A stretch of DNA of 50,371 nucleotides from positions 1-50,371 of the forward strand of contig SESX01000001.1 in NCBI GenBank assembly GCA_004367365.1, in the 5' to 3' direction. A program made the translations under genes and the position numbers. The notes below the pieces were generated by a model. That model saw only the letters and a program-made list of their open reading frames with translations, ran no database searches and was not told the origin of the DNA. The stretch comes from Candidatus Acetocimmeria pyornia. Lineage in GTDB: Bacteria > Bacillota > Sulfobacillia > UBA3575. Below are positions 17,973 to 26,357 of this stretch, piece after piece (position 1 is the first letter of the stretch; the number at the start of each line of letters is the position of its first letter).

Positions 17973-19895
17973 TTACCCCGCCTTGCCAGAATAGGCAGCA
18001 ACAATTTCCTCCATCGCAGAGGGGTCAGCCAGGGTGGTTGCATCACCGATGGTCCGGCCTTCGGTAATGTCTCTCAGGAGCCGGCGCATGATCTTGCCGG
18101 AACGGGTTTTGGGCAGGGTGCTGGTAAAGATGATGCTGCTGGGACGGGCGATGGGACCGACCTTGACGTCAACATGTTTTTTGAGCTTTGCCACGAGTTC
18201 AGAACTGCCCTTGTAACCATCTTTCAGGGTCACAAAGGCCACCGGAACCTCACCTTTGATGTCATCTTTCTTGCCTATGACGGCAGCCTCTGCAACCTCC
18301 TCACACTCGACGAGGGAGCTTTCAATTTCGGCTGTCCCGAGGCGGTGACCCGATACCTTGAGGACGTCGTCGACCCGGCCCGTGACCCAGATGTAGCCCA
18401 TGGAGTCTTTTTTGGCACCATCGCCGGTAAAGTAATAGTCACCAAAACGGCTCCAATACTCGTCAAGGTAACGCTGATCATCGCCCCAGATGGTCATGAG
18501 CATCGAAGGCCACGGAGACTTCACCACGAGGTATCCCCTCTCGGCAGGCTGCTTGTCATCATCAACAACATCTACTTCAATACCTGGGAACGGCTTGGTT
18601 GCCGTACCTGGCTTGATGGGCAGGATTGGAGTCGGTGTGACCATGAAGCCGCCTGTTTCGGTCTGCCACCATGTATCCATAATCGGGCAGCGGCCGCCAC
18701 CGATGTTTTCATAGTACCACATCCAGGCTTCCGGGTTGATTGGTTCACCAACAGTGCCCAGGAGGCGCAGTTGGGATAAATCATGCCTCTTGGGATATTC
18801 GGGCCCCCACTTCATGAAGGTTCGGATGGCGGTGGGAGCAGTATAGAAGATGGTAACACCCCATCTCTCCGCCATCTCCCAGACCCTGTCCTTGTCAGGA
18901 TAGTCAAGGGTTCCGTCATACATTAGGGTGGTCATACCGAGGGCCAAGGGACCATAAACAACATAACTGTGACCGGTGATCCAGCCGATGTCAGCGGTGC
19001 ACCAAAAAACGTCCGTTTCCTTGAGGTCAAATACGTACTTGAGGGTCGCCTGTACCTGGACCAGGTAGCCGGCAGTACTGTGTTGAACACCCTTGGGCTT
19101 CCCGGTGGAACCAGACGTATAAAGGATAAAGAGCGGGGCGTCGGCTTCCATTTCTTCCGGCTGGTAGTACTTGGCGGCTGAAGCCATAAGTTCGTGGTAC
19201 CAGAAATCGCGGCCCTCGTGCATATTGATTGGGTTTTCGGCATTTTTCACCACAATACACTTCTCAATACCAGGAGCTGCCTCCATGGCTGCGTCGGCAT
19301 TTTCCTTGAGCGGGAAGGGAGTGCCTTTTCGAAAATTGCCATCAGCGGTGATCAAGATCTTGGCCTGCGCGTCGTTAATTCGTTCAGCAAGGGAGTGGGA
19401 GCTGAAACCACCGAAGACGACAGAATGGATGGCACCGATCCGTGTACAGGCCAGCATGGCTACAGCGGCCTCCGGGATCATCGGCATGTACAGGCACACC
19501 CTGTCACCTTTCCCAACACCGAGACTCTTCAACACATTGGCAAACTTATTAACCTCCACGTAGAGCTCCCTGTAGGTCATGACCACCTTCTTGCCCATCT
19601 CGTTTTCATAGCAAATGGCGGCCTTGTTGCGTTTATCGGAATGGTAATGTCGGTCTACGCAGTTATAGGAAACGTTTGTGGTCCCACCGGTAAACCACCT
19701 GTAAAAGGGCGGGTTGCTGTCATCCAGGACCTTTTCAAAAGGCTTAAAAAAGGTCACAAGCTCATGAGCCTGTTTCTTCCACCAGCCGAGACGGTCGGCC
19801 TGAGCCTCCTTGTACATTTCTCCCTTGATGTTAGCGTGCCTGAGGATCTCTTCAGGCGGGTGAAAAACACGGCGCTCAAGGTTGGTCTTCTCCAC
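17973..19895 (-). CDS. acsA: Acetyl-CoA synthetase (AMP-forming)
   Basis: [24 protein letters not shown], and a C-terminal [11 protein letters not shown] block containing the regulatory lysine. Confidence 0.95.
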   Translation of the reverse strand: MEKTNLERRVFHPPEEILRHANIKGEMYKEAQADRLGWWKKQAHELVTFFKPFEKVLDDSNPPFYRWFTGGTTNVSYNCVDRHYHSDKRNKAAICYENEMGKKVVMTYRELYVEVNKFANVLKSLGVGKGDRVCLYMPMIPEAAVAMLACTRIGAIHSVVFGGFSSHSLAERINDAQAKILITADGNFRKGTPFPLKENADAAMEAAPGIEKCIVVKNAENPINMHEGRDFWYHELMASAAKYYQPEEMEADAPLFILYTSGSTGKPKGVQHSTAGYLVQVQATLKYVFDLKETDVFWCTADIGWITGHSYVVYGPLALGMTTLMYDGTLDYPDKDRVWEMAERWGVTIFYTAPTAIRTFMKWGPEYPKRHDLSQLRLLGTVGEPINPEAWMWYYENIGGGRCPIMDTWWQTETGGFMVTPTPILPIKPGTATKPFPGIEVDVVDDDKQPAERGYLVVKSPWPSMLMTIWGDDQRYLDEYWSRFGDYYFTGDGAKKDSMGYIWVTGRVDDVLKVSGHRLGTAEIESSLVECEEVAEAAVIGKKDDIKGEVPVAFVTLKDGYKGSSELVAKLKKHVDVKVGPIARPSSIIFTSTLPKTRSGKIMRRLLRDITEGRTIGDATTLADPSAMEEIVAAYSGKAG

Positions 19896-20076
19896 TTAGT
19901 CAACTCCCCCTTGGCGTCTGAAGGGTATTTTGTAATTTCAAGGACCCAGTCAAAACGACATCTCTCTTGCCCTGCTACTCTTGGCCTTTGACCACCCCCC
20001 TGCACAAAATTGGTTACAACCCAAGCGGTCCTGTTCCCCTCCTAGCCATTGCCGGTATTCTACAAGTGTACACTAT

Positions 20077-20105
20077 ATTATACCTGAATTTATTTCGACA
20101 TTCAA
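20077..20105 (-). promoter_or_regulatory. Predicted sigma-A promoter for acs
   Basis: The minus strand reads TTGAAT, 17-nt spacer, TATAAT. This implies a leader of roughly 175 nt. Confidence 0.5.
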
Positions 20106-20235
20106 TCTCTTCTGAAAATTCGGCCTCCACTCCCCTCCTCCACCACCAGGTGTTGCCCTTTCATCAACTTTCTGGTTCCTACCGATGCCTTGATGGTTTT
20201 TCCTCTCCTGGGCCAGGACTTCCTGAACCCGTATC

Positions 20236-20676
20236 TCATGACACCGTAATGTTCCGGTGGCGGGCGACCTCCTCAATCAGTTCCCTGGTCCCCTGGGTCA
20301 TCTCCAAGCTTTCTAGACTGTCAATGGTGCACCACCGGCTTTCGCTGGCATCGGACCGGGACACCAGGTGACCTCCAGCGTAATCGGCCTCAAAATCTAC
20401 CAGCACGTAGTGGTAGCGGACACGGTCTTCCGCGTCGAACTGGATACTATCTAGGACTGCCGCCAACCGGACAATCTCGATTTCGATTCCACACTCCTCT
20501 TTCAGCTCCCGTTTGACGGCCTCTTCAAGGGTCTCCCCTACCTCCACTCCCCCACCGGGTAGACTCCACACGTTGCGGTACGGTTCCGAGCCTCTTTTGA
20601 CCAAGAGCACTCTGGAACCATTGAAAACAATCGCCCCCACTCCCACCAGGGGGTTGCTCGGATATGCTCGTCCCAC
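20236..20676 (-). CDS. NUDIX hydrolase
   Basis: Nudix box GGGVEVGETLEEAVKRELKEECG. Confidence 0.85.
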   Translation of the reverse strand: MGRAYPSNPLVGVGAIVFNGSRVLLVKRGSEPYRNVWSLPGGGVEVGETLEEAVKRELKEECGIEIEIVRLAAVLDSIQFDAEDRVRYHYVLVDFEADYAGGHLVSRSDASESRWCTIDSLESLEMTQGTRELIEEVARHRNITVS

Positions 20677-20777
20677 AGTGATACCAAACCTCCCTTGTTA
20701 GTTACAAAATACCGTGTTGCTCCCCATACTTCAGCCAGTATCAGGTGTCCACTCTATTTACCTGCCGCAAACCCAGT

Positions 20778-21021
20778 CACTAGTCAGAAAATACTGGTTC
20801 TACCCTAGATTTTCATCCTTCGTGGTGTCGCCGCACCGCGGCATGGAGCACTACTACAAAAGTGTAGCAACGGCGCCGGCCTTCCTTCGCGGCGTCACGC
20901 TTACCGTATAGTTGTCATGAACCTCGGCGACTCCGGGCCGCAGCAACAAACTCCCCTCTGGGCTCACAAAGGTCGGTACGGTCGCCGCACCGCGGGCGGC
21001 ATGGAGTACTCATCGAAATGG
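20778..21021 (+). repeat. Interspersed structured repeat locus: terminal-hairpin module plus a type B unit (20852-21009)
   Basis: GATTTTCATCCTTCGTGGTGTCGCCGCACCGCGGCATGGAGCAC is followed directly by TACTACAAAAGTG..AACGGCGCCGGCCTTCCTTCGCGGCGTCAC.., ending GGTCGCCGCACCGCGGGCGGCATGGAGTAC. Confidence 0.85.
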
Positions 21022-21099
21022 TACTCCCCTAAATACGGCGATGGGAAATACCAGATTGAGGAGGGTGGAGGTCCTTGACATGGACTTGACTAGACATTG

Positions 21100-21600
21100 T
21101 TAACTTCCCAAGTTGGTGCCGCCTTGGCCCTGACGGCCCAGCTGCAATGCCAGGTGTACAGCGTTTTCAGGAGTCTCGCTGACAAGGAGATGTGGGCCCG
21201 GCATGCCTGGTTTCTCCAGCCTCCAGGTACCCAAACCTACCACCGGTCTGCCCATCTTTAGTCCCAAAGCAATTTCGGATAGGGTTCCATACCCACCACC
21301 GATAGCAATAAGGACATCCGAGGCACGGGCTACCAGGGCATTACGAGCCTCGCCCATTCCAGTGGGAACAGCTACCGTCAGATAGCAATTGCCTTCGGCA
21401 CGAGAAGGCCCGGGTAGAATGCCCAAAACCAGGCCTCCCTTGGTATGGGCCCCTTTCGAGGCTGCTTCCATGACACCACCCCGGCCGCCGCAAACCAGAA
21501 CTGCCCCGGCCCGGGCTATTTCCCTCCCTACGGTTTCCGCTAGGCAGTATGTCTTTTCATCACAACGCGCATCCCCGATGACCCCTATGTACAAAACCAT
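21100..21600 (-). CDS. TIGR00725-type SLOG/LOG-like Rossmann protein
   Basis: IGVIGD...GAVLVCGGRGGVMEAASKGA...GILPG...IAIGGGYGTLSEI. Confidence 0.8.
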   Translation of the reverse strand: MVLYIGVIGDARCDEKTYCLAETVGREIARAGAVLVCGGRGGVMEAASKGAHTKGGLVLGILPGPSRAEGNCYLTVAVPTGMGEARNALVARASDVLIAIGGGYGTLSEIALGLKMGRPVVGLGTWRLEKPGMPGPHLLVSETPENAVHLALQLGRQGQGGTNLGS

Positions 21601-21899
21601 CAGACGTCCCCCTTTTTGTGCCTCTCTTCTTCTCCATCACCACTCCTTTCCCCTTCCCGACCCCTGAGCTACCATCCTACCCACGGGTCCCCAAAGGCCT
21701 ACAGACTTCGGTCAGACAGAAACCGCCGTGCAGTACCACACTCACACGTGAGAAGAAAGCTTTACAGGCTGCGAAAACTTGCCTGTCCCTGTCGCAGTCC
21801 ACACCCCGCAAGCCTGGTTGGTTGCCGCCTAAGGATTCAGGGCTGGTACAGCCTGGTCTATGGTTGCCTGTGGGGGTGGCAAAGACTCGGCAGGATTGT

Positions 21900-23627
21900 T
21901 TACTTGACCAGGACCCCGAACCGGCGTAGTGAAGAAGAAAGGGCCGGTCCCAGTCCAGGAATCGCCTCTACATCGCGGGCCGTCAAACCGCCAACTGCGG
22001 CCAGGACAAAGCCGTAGGTAAGGATTCCCGCGGCAATTGACCCAAGGGTGGGAAAAGCACTGCTTTCGAAAAGGGTGGCCAGGTAAGAGTGGGTGGCCTT
22101 CACCACCACGGCCATCACGAGAACCGAAAATGCGGGCTTCAAGAAGTGCTTGCCAGGCTCTAAAAACCCACCCACCGCACGGTACGTACAAATGAGGTTG
22201 AGGGTACAGGCTGTGGCAAAGCCGACAGCACTGGCCAGGGCAGCCCCGCGGATCCCCAGTTCGACCGTCAGGATCCAGGTTAAAGCAACCTTCACGACCG
22301 CACCGAAACACAAATTCCTCACTGGAAGTTCCGGGTGGCCCATGCCCTGCAGAATTCCCGAGGTAACCTGTTGCAACCCCAGGAAGACAAGCCCTGTCGA
22401 AAGGGCGGCCAGGGCTGGACCCGCTTCCGGGGCACCGTAAAGTAGGTCGGTAATGCCGGGAGCGAGGAGGTAAAGACCACCGGCAGCCGGGAGGGTAAAG
22501 GAAACAGCCATCCGGACAGCAGTTGAAGCCCGGGATCTAACAGCAGGGAGATCCACCATAACCCGGGCTTCGGAGATACTGGGGACCAGGCTGATGGCCA
22601 AGGCCCCGGTTACCATCATGGGAAGGTTGACCAGAACCGAGGCATAGCGCAAAAGACCGAACTGGCCGGTGGCTTCACTGGGAGAGTACCCGGTTGCCAT
22701 CAGCCGGGCGGGAACCACGGTAGAATCAATCACCCCCATGATGGGGAGAACAATGGCGGCCAGTGAGATGGGGATGGTAATGGCAATTACCTGGTGTAGA
22801 ATCTCAAGGTTTCCGGGCGTAGAGGCCCGCTGTTTCCTGCCTGGTACCCTAAGCTCTGCCCGGTGGGTAAAAAAGCACTTAATCAGGTAGAAAAGCCCGA
22901 AAATGGCCCCAGTTGTAGCACCAAAGGCCGCTCCCGCGGCCGCATACCCGATTCCCCTAGGAAGAAACAGGAAGGTAAGAGCAAATACTGTTGCAACCCG
23001 GACCACTTGTTCTACGATTTGAGAGACTGCTGAAGGAGCCATCATTTGCATTCCCTGAAAAAAACCCCTCAAGCCCGCCAGGATCGACACGAAAAAGATG
23101 GCCGGAGCCACCGCCACCAGTGGGTAATAGGTGCGCCGGTCCACGTAAACGTACTGGGAGAGAAAAGGGGCCCCAAGCCAAAGGCCAACAGAGAACACCA
23201 GGCCGAACGTCGCCAGCAAAGCTTCGGAAACACGGAAGACACGCTGCACCCCCAGGCTGTCCTTTTGGGCAACCCTTTCCGCCACCAGTTTGGAGATAGC
23301 GATCGGTACCCCAACACTGGAAAAGCCCAGCACCAGACTGTAAACGAGGTAGGCAGTGTCATAAAGGCCCATCCCTTCGCGTCCCAGAAACCGGGGTAGG
23401 ATGATTCGGTAGATGGCCCCGAGGGCACGGCTTCCCAATCCGGCTCCAGCCAGGACAAGAGCTCCGTGAAGGAAGGAGTTTTCTTCGCGTTTGCCAGACA
23501 CCTTTCTCCAACTCCCGACGCCCAGCAATCCTCGCTTATCCTCTGAACGGCCTGGTGAAACCTTACTCTCCAGGGGTTGGTTGAGGTTTGCCAAGTCATC
23601 CTCCGGCCTCATCCCGCTTGGTTTCAT
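21900..23627 (-). CDS. spoVB: MOP-superfamily flippase, SpoVB/MurJ-like (polysaccharide or peptidoglycan-lipid flippase)
   Basis: 575 aa with about 14 TM segments. Typical N-terminal block (GALVLAGAGLGSRALGAIYRIILPRFLG.EGMGLY). Confidence 0.75.
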   Translation of the reverse strand: MKPSGMRPEDDLANLNQPLESKVSPGRSEDKRGLLGVGSWRKVSGKREENSFLHGALVLAGAGLGSRALGAIYRIILPRFLGREGMGLYDTAYLVYSLVLGFSSVGVPIAISKLVAERVAQKDSLGVQRVFRVSEALLATFGLVFSVGLWLGAPFLSQYVYVDRRTYYPLVAVAPAIFFVSILAGLRGFFQGMQMMAPSAVSQIVEQVVRVATVFALTFLFLPRGIGYAAAGAAFGATTGAIFGLFYLIKCFFTHRAELRVPGRKQRASTPGNLEILHQVIAITIPISLAAIVLPIMGVIDSTVVPARLMATGYSPSEATGQFGLLRYASVLVNLPMMVTGALAISLVPSISEARVMVDLPAVRSRASTAVRMAVSFTLPAAGGLYLLAPGITDLLYGAPEAGPALAALSTGLVFLGLQQVTSGILQGMGHPELPVRNLCFGAVVKVALTWILTVELGIRGAALASAVGFATACTLNLICTYRAVGGFLEPGKHFLKPAFSVLVMAVVVKATHSYLATLFESSAFPTLGSIAAGILTYGFVLAAVGGLTARDVEAIPGLGPALSSSLRRFGVLVK

Positions 23628-23687
23628 AAAATCATATTTGAAACACGCAGCAGGTATTATACCATATTGTGGATGCCGAAGGGCATG

Positions 23688-23716
23688 AAAAACCTCCGGG
23701 AACCTAGCTCCGGAGG
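23688..23716 (-). terminator. Rho-independent terminator after the zinc-ribbon gene
   Basis: The minus strand reads CCTCCGG-10 nt-CCGGAGG followed by TTTTT. Confidence 0.6.
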
Positions 23717-23731
23717 CAAATTCAACAGGTC

Positions 23732-23753
23732 CAATCTAATGTCAATCTAATGT
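23732..23753. repeat. Tandem duplication of an 11-mer (CAATCTAATGT x2)
   Basis: Read directly from the sequence. The minus strand reads ACATTAGATTG x2, sharing ATTAGATT with the 17306-17350 array. Confidence 0.85.
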
Positions 23754-23792
23754 ACTAAAAGATTCGGCACTCGGAAACAGCCTGGGTTCATG

Positions 23793-24032
23793 TTAGCCAC
23801 AACTGGCGCAACTGGATGAACTACAACCGGCACAGGATGAACGACCTGAACCAGCTGAAGCAGCCTGAAAGCCACCTGGCGAGCTTTTCCCAAAACTAAA
23901 GGTCGAGAAAAGCTTCTCCACCTTCTGGTTCGTGCAGCTGGGACAGGTGGGCTTATGGGTATCTCCAGGCCTAACGAGCCGCTCGAAAACCGTACCACAC
24001 GATTTGCACTTGTATTCAAAAATGGGCAACAT
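23793..24032 (-). CDS. FmdB-family zinc-ribbon protein
   Basis: MLPIFEYKCKSCG..F........CPSC, with a Cys/Ser/Gly-rich C-terminal tail. Confidence 0.8.
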   Translation of the reverse strand: MLPIFEYKCKSCGTVFERLVRPGDTHKPTCPSCTNQKVEKLFSTFSFGKSSPGGFQAASAGSGRSSCAGCSSSSCASCG

Positions 24033-24130
24033 TAACCCTCCTTCTCAACTAAACGATCAACTAAACCATCAACTAAACCATTGTGCAGCCAATGAAATTG
24101 TACCTTGCCGGTCCCTAAAATGTCAACCAT

Positions 24131-24347
24131 CCGACGAAAAGCCTGCCCTCTCCGCAGCAACCTTTACGCAATATGGATCAAATGCCCTCCAATTTTCAGG
24201 GTTCATAGTGCGGCCACCTGCAGCGGTACGCGCAGCTGCTACCAAAATGCCCCAACGGCGCCGGCCTTCCTTCGCGGCGTCACCCTCACCGATCCTCCGT
24301 GGTGCCGCCGCACCGCAGGGCGGCATGGGGCACTACTTTGAAATTCG
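24131..24347 (+). repeat. Interspersed structured repeat locus: a degenerate type A 3' module plus a short type B unit (24239-24333)
   Basis: TACCAAAATGCCCCAACGGCGCCGGCCTTCCTTCGCGGCGTCAC..GATCCTCCGTGGTGCCGCC-gcaccgcag-GGCGGCATGGGGCAC, preceded by GCAACCTTTACGCAATA..AATTTTCAGGGTTCATAGTGCGGCC. Confidence 0.85.
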
Positions 24348-24713
24348 TTCTTCGCCGCGAACAGGCACGGGCCGGTGCCGGTCTAATTGGTATTGCTGCT
24401 GGTTTACGAGGTTTTCCAGCATCAAGATCACCGATTCAGTGTCACCTTCTCCGGTATAAATCAGTGGTTCACACGGTAGGCTGTCAATGAAGTTCTTCGT
24501 ACTCTCACTCGTACGCAAGATGGTTTCTAAGGCCTTCGAGATTTCCGGGTTTGCCAGCAAACCTTGAGCCCGGCTTGTGTCCCTCGGTCCAAGAGAAGCC
24601 GAGTCTTGTTCTTGTGGGGTAGACTGCAAGAGCTTCCAGAGGTATTGAGCAGCATCATAGATTTCGTCCAACTGCTCCTTGATAATGCCCGCCCTCAGGA
24701 AATTAGTAGCCAT
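24333..24713 (-). CDS. Hypothetical 126-aa protein
   Basis: ATG at 24713 lies 7 nt after a GGGAGGG RBS; the longer ORF-track start has no RBS. No recognisable domain. The stop codon sits exactly on the repeat boundary. Confidence 0.45.
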   Translation of the reverse strand: MATNFLRAGIIKEQLDEIYDAAQYLWKLLQSTPQEQDSASLGPRDTSRAQGLLANPEISKALETILRTSESTKNFIDSLPCEPLIYTGEGDTESVILMLENLVNQQQYQLDRHRPVPVRGEERISK

Positions 24714-24935
24714 GGACTTACCCTCCCTACTAAAGGGTCCTTTCCATGGCCCTATTCTACTTTTTTTGATGTTATCCTCCCTATTTTTACAAAATATGCC
24801 GTCATCCTTCTTTTTCCAGGCTGTCGAAAAACAAACCAGTTTCGGTACTAATTCAGGGGAAATAGTGCTAATTATAAATCTTCGGGTGCGAGGCCAAACT
24901 AATCTTGAAGTTTTAGAACAAAAGGAGGTGTTCAG

Positions 24936-25169
24936 TTGGCACAATTCGTTAGAACACGACGCCTGCTACCTGACGAAACCCTGGAACGATTCAAATATGA
25001 AATTGCCAATGAAATCGGTATCGGCCCTCAGGTCCAGGACGGATACTGGGGGGAAGTACCTTCAAGGGACTGTGGTCGCGTGGGCGGTAAGATCGGAGGC
25101 AACATGGTTAGGGTTATGATCAGGTACGCCGAAGAAGCACTGAGCCAAAACCGGTTCCCAACTACCTGA
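24936..25169 (+). CDS. Small acid-soluble spore protein, alpha/beta type
   Basis: KYEIANEIGI and GRVGGKIGGNMVRVMI blocks match SASP signatures. TTG start with an AAAGGAGGTG RBS. Confidence 0.85.
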   Translation: MAQFVRTRRLLPDETLERFKYEIANEIGIGPQVQDGYWGEVPSRDCGRVGGKIGGNMVRVMIRYAEEALSQNRFPTT

Positions 25170-25306
25170 GGTTTCTCGTTTGTGATCGCTTCCAGGCCTC
25201 ATTTGAAATGGTATTTCACCCTTTCAGGCCTTGGTTGCTCGCTGCTTCTCTTTGAAATAGTCGCCACCGCACCGGATCAGCCAAGGGCCACCGGTAGCAG
25301 TGCCAA

Positions 25307-25340
25307 CCAGGAGCAACCTAGGCCTGGTTTTTTTGTTTTT
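25307..25340 (+). terminator. Rho-independent terminator after the SASP gene
   Basis: CCAGG-11 nt-CCTGG followed by TTTTTTTGTTTTT. Confidence 0.6.
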
Positions 25341-25378
25341 GCAGCAAGCCGACACCCGGAGCCCATCAAGGGAACAAC

Positions 25379-25568
25379 CACGAAAATGCCACTATCTGCT
25401 TCGCCAGGGTTGTTCCTCCACTCGCCTTCCTTATTCCTCGGCCCTCCGGGCCTGCGGCATAACCGGTCTCGTTTCCGGAGCACCCCTGGCGTGTGCAACC
25501 TTCACGAAATACCACTTCCAAGTTTTCATGCTTCGTGGTGCCGCCGCACCGCAAGACGGCATGGGCAC
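25379..25568 (+). repeat. Interspersed structured repeat, type A unit (reference copy)
   Basis: CACGAAAATGCCACTATC...CGCCAGGG...CCTCCACTCGCCTTCCTTATTCCTCGGCCCTCCGGGCC...CCCTGGCG...TTTTCATGCTTCGTGGTGCCGCCGCACCGCAAGACGGCATGGGCAC. Confidence 0.9.
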
Positions 25569-25677
25569 TAGCCCCCTTCTCTTTCTCCAGGGGAACAGAG
25601 GTTCATTAAAGCAGGGAGTATGCCCCCTGTTTAACACGGGAATAATACGAGAGGATCTCTTTGGGAGGTGAGGAACT

Positions 25678-26223
25678 TTGGCCCCGAAAGACAAAAGACC
25701 TGGGTCCGAGGGAACCAGGCAGAGTGCTGAACATACTGTTGATCAGATCCGCGAAACACTTCAATCTCCCGTTCCCGGTACACCCAAAACCCCCCTGGAT
25801 AACTTCAAGCAAACCATTAGTAAGGTCCAGGAAGGCATAAGACAGCAGCAGATGTCAAGTGAGCAACAACTGCAGAACACTTTGAACCAGGCTTCAACCA
25901 CCATCGCTGATTCGCAGCGGATCGAACAGATCTTTGACCTGGTTCAAAAAATTGAGCGACAGTTACGAGATGGAACCGAAGCTGTTACAAGAAATCCGGG
26001 TCAATTCAAGAAACAGATTGAACAACTAGATAACCAGGTATCAACTCAGCAGACGAAAATCGACTCCCAAATGGCTCAGGCCTTGAATCAGGCGGTCTCC
26101 AGCCTGGCCCAGGCCCAGACCTACATGTTCCAAAGCCAGGCTTTCAGTCAATTGAGTCAGCAAATCAGCCAATGTAAACAGATCCTGGACCAATTCTATA
26201 CCCCGATGGAGACCATTGAATAA
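25678..26223 (+). CDS. Gln-rich coiled-coil protein of unknown function
   Basis: TTG start after a GGAGGTGAGG RBS. Q-rich, helical heptad-like composition with no recognisable domain. Confidence 0.5.
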   Translation: MAPKDKRPGSEGTRQSAEHTVDQIRETLQSPVPGTPKTPLDNFKQTISKVQEGIRQQQMSSEQQLQNTLNQASTTIADSQRIEQIFDLVQKIERQLRDGTEAVTRNPGQFKKQIEQLDNQVSTQQTKIDSQMAQALNQAVSSLAQAQTYMFQSQAFSQLSQQISQCKQILDQFYTPMETIE

Positions 26224-26357
26224 GTCTGGTGATCAAGGGCCATGGTATCCTACTCAAAGTTTATCCTATCCGCAGCTCGCCCTCCTCTTCCGGGGGGACG
26301 GACCAGGTGGTTCGGCCCGAAAAAAAAACAAGATAGGGCAGAAATCTGGTCGCGTTG

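Noticed and set aside
17925-19991. Long plus-strand ORFs (284 aa and 265 aa) opposite acs
   Set aside because: These are shadow ORFs antisense to an unambiguous acetyl-CoA synthetase gene. Their low-complexity composition is typical of antisense frames in GC-rich coding DNA.
20094-20100. Perfect Spo0A-box heptamers (TGTCGAA) in the acs promoter spacer and at 24822-24828 upstream of the SASP gene
   Set aside because: A 7-mer is expected several times by chance in 50 kb on two strands. There is no clustering or other support.
21618-21660. 25-codon uORF (MEKKRGTKRG...) overlapping the start of the TIGR00725 gene
   Set aside because: It is out of frame, has no evident conservation logic, and could arise simply from the purine-rich SD region.
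25182-25694. Several 60-130 aa ORFs on both strands between the SASP gene and the Gln-rich protein gene
   Set aside because: They overlap the SASP terminator and the repeat unit. They show no SD or start context and their frames are not conserved with the other repeat copies.
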